A stretch of DNA of 64,000 nt from Eledone cirrhosa (Eukaryota). The notes below the pieces were generated by a model. That model made no database searches and was not told the DNA's origin. It worked only from the letters and a program-made list of their open reading frames with translations. Shown here piece after piece: positions 51,901 to 64,000 of this stretch. The translations under genes and the position numbers were made by a program. Location of the stretch: positions 123,814,001 to 123,878,000 of the forward strand of contig OZ024744.1 of NCBI GenBank assembly GCA_964016885.1, given 5' to 3'. How positions within the stretch are numbered: the first letter of the stretch is position 1; every line of letters starts with the position of its first letter.

Positions 51901-54900
51901 TATGGTAATGGAATGGTTAAATATGGTAATGGAATGGTTACATTAGAAATATGGTAATGAAAGGGTTAATGGCATAGACAGTGTCTTTCATTAGAAATAT
52001 GGTAATGAAAGGGTTAATGGCATAGACAGTGTCTTTCATTAGAAAGATGGTAATGAAAGGGATAATGACATAGACAGTGTCTTTCATTAGAAATATGGTA
52101 ATGTAAGGGTTAATGACATAGACAGTGTCTTTCATTAGAAATATGGTAATTAAAGGGTTAATGACATAGACAGTGTTTTCATTAGAAATATGGTAATGAA
52201 AGGGCTAATGACATAAACAGTGTCTTTCGTTAGAAATATGGTAATGAAAGGGTTAATGACATAGACAATGTCTTTCATCAGAAATATGGTAATGGAATGG
52301 TTAAATATGGTAATGGAATGGTTACATTAGAAATATGGTAATGAAAGGGTTAATGACATAGACAGTGTCTTTCATTAGAAATATGGTAATTAAAGGGTTA
52401 ATGACATAGACAGTGTCTTTCATTCGAAATATGGTAAATGAAAGGGTTAATGACATAGACAGTGTCTTTCATTAGAAATATGGTAATGAAAGGGTTAATC
52501 ACATAGATAGTGTCTTTCATTAGTAATATGGTAAATGAAAGGGTTAATGACATAGTGTTTTTCATTAGAATATGGTAATGAAAGGGTTAATGACATAGAC
52601 AGTGTCTTTCATTAGAAATATGGTAATTAAAGGGTTAATGACATAGACAGTGTCTTTCATTAGAAATATGATAAATGAAAGGGTTAAAGACATAGACTGT
52701 CTTTCAATAGAAATATGGTAGTGAAAGGGTTAATGACATAGACAGTGTCTTTCATTAGTAATATGGTAAATGAAAGGGTTAATGACATAGTGTTTTTCAT
52801 TAGAAATATGCTAATGAAAGGTTTTATGGCATAGACAGTGTCTTTCATTAGAAATATGGTAATGAAAGGGTTAATGACATAGACAGTGTCTTTCATTAGA
52901 AATATGGTAAAGAAAGGGTTAATGACATAGACAGTGTCTTTCCTTAGATATATGGTAATGAAAGGGTTAATGACATAGACAGTGTCTTTCATTAGAAATA
53001 TGGTAATGAAAGGGTTAATGACATAGACAGTGACTTTCATTAGAAATATGGTAATGAAAGGGTTAATGACATAGACAGTGTCTTTCATTAGAAATATGGT
53101 AATGGAATGGTTACATTAGAAATATGGTAATGAGAGGGTTAATGGCATAGACAGTGTCTTTCATTAGAAGTATGGTAATGAAAGGGTTAATGACATAAAC
53201 AGTGTCTTTCATTAGAAATATGTTAATGAAAGGGTTAATGACATAGACAGTGTCTTTCATGAGAATTATGGTAATGAAAGGGTTAATGACATAGACAGTG
53301 TCTTTTATTAGATATATGGTAATGAAACGGTTAATGACATAAACAGTATCTTTCATTTGAAATATTATAATGAAAGTGTTAATGACATAGACAGTGTCTT
53401 TCATTAGAAATATGTTAATGAAAGGGTTAATGACATAGACGTGTCTTTCATTCGAAATATGGTAATGAAAGGATTAATGACATGGACAGTGTCTTTTATT
53501 AGCTATATGGTAATGAAAGTGTTAATGAAATAGACAGTGTCTTTCATTAGATATATGGTAATGAAAGGGTTAATGACATAGTGTCTTTCATTAGAAATAT
53601 AGTAATGAAAGGGTTAATGACATCAACAGTGTCTTTCATTAGAAATATGGTAATGAAAGGGTTAATGACATAGTGTTTTTCATTAGAAATATAGTAATGA
53701 AAGGGTTAATGACATAAATAGTGTCTTTCATTAGAAATATGGTAATGTAAGGGTTAATGACATAGACAGTGTCTTTCATTCGAAATATGGTAAATGAAAG
53801 GGTTAATGACATAGACAGTGTCTTTCATTAGAAATATGGTAATGAAAGGGTTAATCACATAGATAGTCTTTCATTAGTAATATGGTAAATGAATGGGTTA
53901 ATGACATAGTGTTTTTCATTAGAATATGGTAATGAAAGGGTTAATGACATAGACAGTGTCTTTCATTAGAAATATGGTAATTAAAGGGTTAATGACATAG
54001 ACAGTGTCTTTCATTAGCTATATGGTAATGAAAGTGTTAATGAAATAGACAGTGTCTTTCATTAGATATATGGTAATGAAAGGGTTAATGACATAGTGTC
54101 TTTCATTAGAAATATAGTAATGAAAGGGTTAATGACATCAACAGTGTCTTTCATTAGAAATATGGTAATGAAAGGGTTAATGACATAGTGTTTTTTATTA
54201 GAAATATAGTAATGAAAGGGTTAATGACATAAATAGTGTCTTTCATTAGAAATATTGTAATGAAAGGGTTAATGACATAGATAGTGTCTTTCATTTGAAA
54301 TTTGGTAATGAAAGTGTTAATGACATAGACAGTGTCTTTCATTAGAAATATGGTAATGAAAGGGTTAATGACAGTGCTTTTCATTAGAAATATGGTAATG
54401 AAAGTGTTAATGAAATAGACAGTGTCTTTCATTAGATATATGGTAATGAAAGGGTTAATGACATAGTGTCTTTCATTAGAAATATAGTAATGAAAGGGTT
54501 CATGACATAGACACTGTCTTTCATTAGAAATATGGTATATGAAAGGGTTAATGACATAGTGTTTTTCATTAGAATATGGTAATGAAAGGGCTAATGACAT
54601 AGACAGTGTCTTTCATTAGAAATATGATAATGAAAGGGTTAATGACATAGACAGTGTCTTTCATTAGAAATATGGTAATGAAAGGGTTAATGACATAAAC
54701 AGTGTCTTTCATTAGAAATATGTTAATGAAAGGGTTAATGACATAGACAGTGTCTTTCATGAGAATTATGGTAATGAAAGGGTTAATGACATAGACAGTG
54801 TCTTTTATTAGATATATGGTAATGAAACGGTTAATGACATAAACAGTATCTTTCATTTGAAATATTATAATGAAAGTGTTAATGACATAGACAGTGTCTT

Positions 54901-57900
54901 TCATTAGAAATATGGTAATGAAAGGGTTAATGACATAGTGTCTTTCATTAGAAATATAGTAATGAAAGGGTTCATGACATAGACACTGTCTTTCATTAGA
55001 AATATGGTATATGAAAGGGTTAATGACATAGTGTTTTTCATTAGAATATGGTAATGAAAGGGCTAATGACATAGACAGTGTCTTTCATTAGAAATATGGT
55101 AATGAAAGGGTTAATGACATAGACAGTGTCTTTCATTTGAAATTTGGTAATGAAAGGGTTAAAGAAATAGATTGTCTTTCATTTGAAATATGGTAGTGAA
55201 AGGGTTTATGACATAGACAATGTTTTTCATTTCATATATGGTAATGAAAGTGTTAATGGCATAGACACTGTCTTTCGTTAGAAATTTGGTAATAAAAGGG
55301 TTAATGACATAGACAGTGTTTTTCATTTGAAATATGGTAGTGAAAGGGTTACTGACATAGACTGTCTTTCATTAGAAATATGGTAATGAAAGGGTTAATG
55401 ACATAGACAGTGTCTTTCATTAGAAATATGGTAAAGAAAGGGTTAATGACATAGACAGTGTCTTTCCTTAGATATATGGTAATGAAAGGGTTAATGACAT
55501 AGACAGTGTCTTTCATTAGAAATATGGTAATGAAAGGGTTAATGACATAGACAGTGACTTTCATTAGAAATATGGTAATGAAAGGGTTAATGACATAGAC
55601 AGTGTCTCTCATTAGAAATATGGTAATGGAATGGTTACATTAGAAATATGGTAATGAAAGGGTTAATGGCATAGACAGTGTCTTTCATTAGAAGTATGGT
55701 AATGAAAGGCTTAATGACATAGACAGTGTTTTTCATTAGAAATATGGTAATGAAAGGGTTAATGACATAAACAGTGTCTTTCATTAGAAATATGTTAATG
55801 AAAGGGTTAATGACATAGACAGTGTCTTTCATGAGAATTATGGTAATGAAAGGGTTAATGACATAAACAGTATCTTTCATTTGAAATATTATAATGAAAG
55901 TGTTAATGACATAGACAGTGTCTTTCATTAGAAATGTGGTAATGAAAGGGTTAATGACATAAACGGTGTCTTTCATTAGAAATATGTTAATGAAAGGGTT
56001 AATGACGTAGACCCTGTCTTTCATTAGAAATATGGTAATGAAAGGATTAATGACATAGACAGTGTCTTTTATTAGCTATATGGTAATGAAAGTGTTAATG
56101 AAATAGACAGTGTCTTTCATTAGATATATGGTAATGAAAGGGTTAATGACATCAACAGTGTCTTTCATTAGAAATATGGTAATGAAAGGGTTAATGACAT
56201 AGTGTCTTTGATTAGAAATATAGTTATGAAAGGGTTAATGACATAAACAGTGTATTTCATTAGAAATATGGTAATGAAAGGGTTAATGACATAGTGTTTT
56301 TCATTAGAAATATGGTAATGAAAGGGTTAATGACATAAACAGTGTCTTTCATTAGAAATATGGTAATGAAAGGGTTAATGACAGTGCTTTTGTTAGAAAT
56401 ATGGTAATTAAAGGGGTAATGACATAGACAGTGTCTTTCATTAGAAATATGCTAATGAAAGGGTTAATGACATAATTAGTGTCTTTCATTAGAAATATGT
56501 TAATGAAAGGGTTAATGACATAGACAGTATCTTTCATTAGAAATATTGTAATGAAAGGGTTAATGACATAGTGTCTTTCATTTGAAATTTGGTAATGAAA
56601 GTGTTAATGACATAGACAGTGTCTTTCATTAGAAATATGGTGATGAAAGGGTTAATGACATAGTATCATTCATTAGAAATATGGTAATGAAAGGGTTAAT
56701 GACAGTGCTTTTCATTAGAAATATGGTAATGAAAGTGTTAATGAAATAGACAGTGTCTTTCATTAGATATATGGTAATGAAAGGGTTAATGACATAGTGT
56801 CTTTCATTAGAAATATAGTAATGAAAGGGTTCATGACATAGACACTGTCTTTCATTAGAAATATGGTATATGAAAGGGTTAATGACATAGTGTTTTTCAT
56901 TAGAATATGGTAATGAAAGGGTTAATGACATAGACAGTGTCTTTCATTAGAAATATGGTATTGAAAGGGTTAATGACATAGACAGTGTCTTTCATTAGAA
57001 ATATGGTAATGGAATGGTTACATTAGAAATATGGTAATGGAAAGGTTAAATATGGTAATGGAATGGTTACATTAGAAATATGGTAATGAAAGGGTTAGTG
57101 ACATAGACAGTGTCTTTCATTAGAAATATGGTAATACAAGGGTTAATGACACAGACAGTGTCTTTCATGAGAAATATGGTAATGAAAGGGTTAATGACAT
57201 AGACAGTGTCTTTCATTAAATATATGGTAATGAAAGGGTTAATGACATAGTGTCTTTCATTAGAAATATAGTAATGAAAGGTTTAATGACATAGACAGTG
57301 TCTTTCATTAGAAATATGGTAATTGAACGGTTAATGACATAGACAGTGTCTTTCATTAGAAATATGGTAATGAAAGGGTTAATGACATAGATAGTGTCTT
57401 TCATTTGAAATATGGTAATGAAAGTGTTAATGACATAAACAGTGTTTTTCATTAGAAATATGGTAATGAAAGGGTTAATGACATAAACAGTGTCTTTCAT
57501 TAGAAATATGGTAATGAAAGGGTTAATGACATAGACAGTGTCTTTCATAAGACATATGGTAATGAAAGGGTTAATGACGTAGACAGTGTCTTTCATTAGA
57601 TATATGGTAATGAAAGGGTTAATGACATAGTGTCTTTCATTAGAAATATAGTAATGAAAGGGTTAATGACATAAATAGTGTCTTTCATTAGAAATATGGT
57701 AATGAAAGGGTTAATGACATAGACAGTGTCTTTCATTCGAAATATGGTAATGAAAGGGTTAATGACATAGATAGTGTCTTTCATTTGAAATATGGTAATG
57801 AAAGTGTTAATGACATAAACAGTGTCTTTCATGAGAATTATGGTAATGAAAGGGTTAATGACATAGACAGTGTCTTTTATTTGATATATGGTAATGAAAG

Positions 57901-60900
57901 GGTTAATGACATAAACAGTATCTTTCATTTGAAATATTATAATGAAAGTGTTAATGACATAGACAGTGTCTTTCATTAGAAATCTGGTAATGAAAGGGTT
58001 AATGACATAAACAGTGTCTTTCATTAGAAATATGTTAATGAAAGGGTTAATGACATAGACAGTGTCTTTCATTAGAAATATGGTAATGAAAGGATTAATG
58101 ACATGGACAGTGTCTTTCATTAGAAATATGCTAATGAAAGGGTTAATGACATAATTAGTGTCTTTCATTAGAAATATGTTAATGAAAGGGTTAATGACAT
58201 AGACAGTATCTTTCATTAGAAATATTGTAATGAAAGGGTTAATGACATAGTGTCTTTCATTTGAAATTTCGTAATGAAAGTGTTAATGACATAGACAGTG
58301 TCTTTCATTAGAAATATGGTGATGAAAGGGTTAATGACATAGTATCATTCATTAGAAATATGGTAATGAAAGGGTTAATGACAGTGCTTTTCATTAGAAA
58401 TATGGTAATGAAAGTGTTAATGAAATAGACAGTGTCTTTCATTAGATATATGGTAATGAAAGGGTTAATGACATAGTGTCTTTCATTAGAAATATAGTAA
58501 TGAAAGGGTTCATGACATAGACACTGTCTTTCATTAGAAATATGGTATATGAAAGGGTTAATGACATAGTGTTTTTCATTAGAATATGGTAATGAAAGGG
58601 TTAATGACATAGACAGTGTCTTTCATTAGAAATATGGTATTGAAAGGGTTAATGACATAGACAGTGTCTTTCATTAGAAATATGGTAATGGAATGGTTAC
58701 ATTAGAAATATGGTAATGGAAAGGTTAAATATGGTAATGGAATGGTTACATTAGAAATATGGTAATGAAAGGGTTAGTGACATAGACAGTGTCTTTCATT
58801 AGAAATATGGTAATACAAGGGTTAATGACACAGACAGTGTCTTTCATGAGAAATATGGTAATGAAAGGGTTAATGACATTGACAGTGTCTTTCATTAAAT
58901 ATATGGTAATGAAAGGGTTAATGACATAGTGTCTTTCATTAGAAATATAGTAATGAAAGGTTTAATGACATAGACAGTGTCTTTCATTAGAAATATGGTA
59001 ATGAAAGGGTTAATGACATAGATAGTGTCTTTCATTTGAAATATGGTAATGAAAGTGTTAATGACATAAACAGTGTTTTTCATTAGAAATATGGTAATGA
59101 AAGGGTTAATGACATAAACAGTGTCTTTCATTAGAAATATGGTAATGAAAGGGTTAATGACGTAGACAGTGTCTTTCATTAGATATATGGTAATGAAAGG
59201 GTTAATGACATAGTGTCTTTCATTAGAAATATAGTAATGAAAGGGTTAATGACATAAATAGTGTCTTTCATTAGAAATATGGTAATGAAAGGGTTAATGA
59301 CATAGACAGTGTCTTTCATTCGAAATATGGTAATGAAAGGGTTAATGACATAGATAGTGTCTTTCATTTGAAATATGGTAATGAAAGTGTTAATGACATA
59401 AACAGTGTCTTTCATGAGAATTATGGTAATGAAAGGGTTAATGACATAGACAGTGTCTTTTATTTGATATATGGTAATGAAAGGGTTAATGACATAAACA
59501 GTATCTTTCATTTGAAATATTATAATGAAAGTGTTAATGACATAGACAGTGTCTTTCATTAGAAATCTGGTAATGAAAGGGTTAATGACATAAACAGTGT
59601 CTTTCATTAGAAATATGTTAATGAAAGGGTTAATGACATAGACAGTGTCTTTCATTAGAAATATGGTAATGAAAGGATTAATGACATGGACAGTGTCTTT
59701 TATTAGCTATATGGTAATGAAAGGCTTAATGACATAGTGTCTTTCATTAGAAATATAGTAATGAAAGGGTTAATGACATCAACAGTGTCTTTCATTAGAA
59801 ATATGGTAATGAAAGGGTTAATGACATAGTGTTTTTCATTAGAAATATAGTAATGAAAGGGTTAATGACATAAATAGTGTCTTTCATTAGAAATATGGTA
59901 ATGAAAGGGTTAATGACATAGATAGTGTCTTTCATTTGAAACTTGGTAATGAAAGTGTTAATGACATATACAGTGTCTTTCATTAGAAATATGGTAATGA
60001 AAGGGTTAATGACATAGACAGTGTCTTTCATTAGAAATTTGGTAATGAAAGGGTTAAAGAAATAGATTGTCTTTCATTAGAAATATGGTAGTGAAAGGGT
60101 TTATGACATAGACAATGTTTTTCATTTCATATATGGTAATGAAAGGGTTAATGGCATAGACACTGTCTTTCATTAGAAATATGGTAATGAAAGGGTTAAT
60201 GACATAGTGTTTTTACTAGAAATATGGCAATGAAAAGGTTAATGACATAGACAGTGTCTTTCATTAGATATATGGTAATGAAAGGGTTAATGACATAAAC
60301 AGTATCTTTCATTTGAAATATAATGAAAGTGTTAATGACATAGACAGTGTCTTCCATTAGAAATGTGGTAATGAAAGGGTTAATGACAGAAACAGTGTCT
60401 TTCATTAGAAATATGGTAATGAAAGGATTAATGACATAGACAGTGTCTTTTATTAGCTATATGGTAATGAAAGTGTTAATGAAATAGTGTCTTTCATTAG
60501 AAATATAGTAATGAAAGGGTTAATGAAATCAACAGTGTCTTTCATTAGAAATATGCTAATGAAAGGGTTAATGACATAGTGTTTTCCATTAGAAATATAG
60601 TAATGAAAGGGTTAATGACATAAATAGTGTCTTTCATTAGAAATATGGTAATGAAAGGGTTAATGACATAGACAGTGTCTTTCATTAGAAATATGGTAAT
60701 GAAAGGGTTAATGACATAGATAGTGTCTTTCATTTGAAATTTGGTAATGAAAGTGTTAATGACATAGACAGTGTCTTTCATTAGAAATATGGTAATAGAA
60801 GGGTTAATGACATAGTATCATTCATTAGAAATATGGTAATGAAAGGGTTAATGACAGTGCTTTTCATTAGAAATATGGTAATGAAAGTGTTAATGAAATA

Positions 60901-63900
60901 GACAGTGTCTTTCATTAGATATATGGTAATGAAAGGGTTAATGACATAGTGTCTTTCATTTGAAATTTGGTAATGAAAGGGTTAATGACATAGTGTTTTT
61001 CATTAGAAATATGGTAATGAAAAGGTTAATGACATAGACAGTGTCTTTCATTAGAAATATGGTAATGCAAGGGTTAATGACATAGACAGTGTCTTTCATT
61101 AGAAATATGATAATGAAAGGGTTAATGACATAGACAGTGTCTTTCATTAGAAATATGGTAATGAAAGGGTTAATGACATAGACAGTGTCTTTCATTAGAA
61201 ATTTGCTAGGGTTAAAGAAATAGATTGTCTTTCATTAGAAATATGGTTTATGACATATACAATGTTTTTCATTTCATATATGGTAATGAAAGGGTTAATG
61301 GCATAGACACCGTCTTTCGTTAGAAATTTGGTAATAAAAGGGTTAATGACATAGACAGTGTTTTTCATTTGAAATATGGTAATGAAAGGGTTATTGACAT
61401 AGACAGTGTCTTTCCTTAGATTATGGTAATGAAATGGTTAATGACATAGATAGTGACTTTCATTAGAAATATGGTAATGAAAGGGTTAATGACATAGACA
61501 GTGTCTTTCATTAGAAATATGGTAATGAAAGTGTCTTTCATTAGAAATATGGTAATGAAAGGGTTAATGACATAGACAGTGTCTTTCATTAGAAATATGG
61601 TAATGGAAAGATTAAATATGGTAATGGAATGGTTACATTAGAAAAATGGTAATGAAAGGGTTAGTGACATAGACAGTGTCTTTCATGAGAAATATGGTAA
61701 TGAAAGGGTTAATGACATAGATAGTGTCTTTCATTTTAAATATGGTAATGAATGTGTTAATGACATAAACAGTGTTTTTCATTAGAAACATGTTAATGAA
61801 AGGGTTAATGACATAGACAGTGTCTTTCATTAGAAATATGGCTATTAAAGGGTTAATGACATAGACAGTGTCTTTCATTAGAAATATGGTAAATGAAAGG
61901 GTTAATGACATAGTGTTTTTCATTAGACATATGGTAATGAAAAGGGTTAATGACATAGACAGTGTCTTTCATTAGATATATGGTAATGAAAGGGTTAATG
62001 ACATAAACAGTATCTTTCATTAGAAATATGGTAATGAAAGGGTTAATGACATAAACAGTATCTTTCATTTGAAATTTGGTAATGAAAGGGTTAATGACAT
62101 AGTGTTTTTCATTAGAAATATGGTAATGAAAAGGTTAATGACATAGACAGTGTCTTTCATTAGAAATATGGTAATGCAAGGGTTAATGACATAGACAGTG
62201 TCTTTCATTAGAAATATGTTAATGAAAGGGTTAATGACATAGACAGTGTCTTTTATTAGATATATGGTAATGAAAGGGTTAATGACATAAACAGTATCTT
62301 TCATTTGAAATATTATAATGAAAGTGTTAATGACGTAGACAGTGTCTTTCATTAGAAATGTGGTAATGAAAGGGTTAATGACATAAACAGTGTCTTTCAT
62401 TAGAAATATGGTAATGAAAGGATTAATGACATGGACAGTGTCTTTTATTAACTCTATGGTAATGAAAGTGTTAATGAAATAGACAGTGTCTTTCATTAGA
62501 TATATGGTAATGAAAGGCTTAATGACATAGTGTCTTTCATTAGAAATATAGTAATGAAAGGGTTAATGACATCAACAGTGTCTTTCATTAGAAATATGGT
62601 AATGAAAGGGTTAATGACATAGTGTTTTTCATTAGAAATATAGTAATGAAAGGGTTAATGACATAGATAGTGTCTTTCATTTGAAACTTGGTAATGAAAG
62701 TGTTAATGACATAGACAGTGTCTTTCATTAGAAATATGGTAATGAAAGGGTTAATGACATAGTATCATTCATTAGAAATATGGTAATGAAAGGGTGAATG
62801 ACAGTGCTTTTCATTAGAAATATGGTAATGAAAGTGTTAATGAAATAGACAGTGTCTTTCATTAGATATATGGTAATGAAAGGGTTAATGACATAGTGTC
62901 TTTCATTAGAAATATAGTAATGAAAGGGTTCATGACATAGACAGTGTCTTTCCTTAGATATATGGTAATGAAAGGGTTAATGACATAGAGAGTGTCTTTC
63001 ATTAGAAATATGGTAATGAAAGGGTTAATGACATAGACAATGTTTTTCATTTCATATATGGTAATGAAAGGGTTAATGGCATAGACACTGTCTTTCGTTA
63101 GAAATTTGGTAACAAAAGGGTTAATGACATAGACAGTGTCTTTCATTAGAAATATGGTAAAGAAAGGGTTAATGACATAGACAGTGTCTTTCCTTAGATA
63201 TATGGTAATGAAAGGGTTAATGACATAGAGAGTGTCTTTCATTAGAAATATGGTAATGAAAGGGTTAATGACATAGACAGTGACTTTCATTTGAAATATT
63301 ATAATGAAAGTGTTAATGACATAGACAGTGTCTTTCATTAGAAATATGGTAATGCAAGGGTTAATGACATAGACAGTGTCTTTCATTAGAAATATGTTAA
63401 TGAAAGGCTTTATGACATAGACAGTGTCTTTTATTAGATATATGGTAATGAAAGGGTTAATGACATAAACAGTATCTTTCATTTGAAATATTATAATGAA
63501 AGTGTTAATGACATAGACAGTGTCTTTCATTAGAAATGTGGTAATGAAAGGGTTAATGACATAAACAGTGTCTTTCATTAGAAATATGTTAATGAAACGG
63601 TTAATGACATAGACAGTGTCTTTCATTAGGAATATGGTAATGAAAGGATTAATGACATGGACAGTGTCTTTTATTAGCTATATGGTAATGAAAGTGTTAA
63701 TGAAATAGACAGTGTCTTTCATTAGATATATGGTAATGAAAGGCTTAATGACATAGTGTCTTTCATTAGAAATATAGTAATGAAAGGGTTAATGACATCA
63801 ACAGTGTCTTTCATTAGAAATATGGTAATGAAAGGGTTAATGACATAGTGTTTTTCATTAGAAATATAGTAATGAAAGGGTTAATGACATAAATAGTGTC

Positions 63901-64000
63901 TTTCATTAGAAATATGGTAATGAAAGGGTTAATGACATAGATAGTGTCTTTCATTTGAAACTTGGTAATGAAAGTGTTAATGACATAGACAGTGTCTTTC
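9955..64000. repeat. 48-bp satellite DNA array, >54 kb (roughly 1,150 monomers), open at the right edge, with higher-order repeats
   Basis: Consensus AGAAATATGGTAATGAAAGGGTTAATGACATAGACAGTGTCTTTCATT, all head-to-tail. Recurrent 44-bp (minus ACAG), 46-bp, 47-bp and 49-bp variants. No unique insertions seen. Confidence 0.99.

Noticed and set aside
9943-63626. Dozens of minus-strand ORFs of repeated MKDTVYVINPFITIFL (up to 254 aa)
   Set aside because: A 48-bp unit with one stop-free frame yields these automatically. Frequent 44/46/47/49-bp variants break the frame, showing no coding constraint.
9955-64000. CRISPR-like array (palindromic repeat near a reverse transcriptase)
   Set aside because: There are no unique spacers and no cas genes. 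The context is eukaryotic with spliceosomal exons, and the RT is an ordinary CR1 LINE.
9955-64000. Hammerhead-containing satellite as in newts or schistosomes
   Set aside because: The monomer has TTAATGA/CTAATGA rather than CTGANGA and no correctly placed helix II-GAAA arrangement on either strand.
10000-64000. Telomeric repeat (GGGTTA in each monomer)
   Set aside because: Only a single GGGTTA per 48 bp and never tandem (TTAGGG)n.

Overview
AT-rich animal genomic DNA. It is probably a cephalopod/Octopus, inferred only from recognising the SINE and MITE families. The ORF track misses the host gene: two short phase-0 exons of PIK3R4/VPS15 (HEAT-repeat region) lie on the + strand at 1818-1919 and 8470-8604, and everything else reads as intron. 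The first 10 kb holds an inverted pair of tRNA-derived SINEs, a minimal hammerhead-ribozyme fold beside a CTCF motif, MITE remnants, three minisatellites and an RTE LINE 3' fragment. It also holds a near-complete CR1-type LINE with a PHD/polyQ ORF1, an APE-RT ORF2 carrying three frameshifts, and a G-GGA-AAC slippery site at the ORF1/ORF2 junction. From ~9955 to the window end is one >54 kb array of a 48-bp satellite with nested higher-order repeats. Its monomer appears to be the amplified terminus (…AAAGGG-TTAA) of the DNA-transposon remnant that abuts it. The many minus-strand MKDTVYVINPFITIFL ORFs are artefacts of this satellite.
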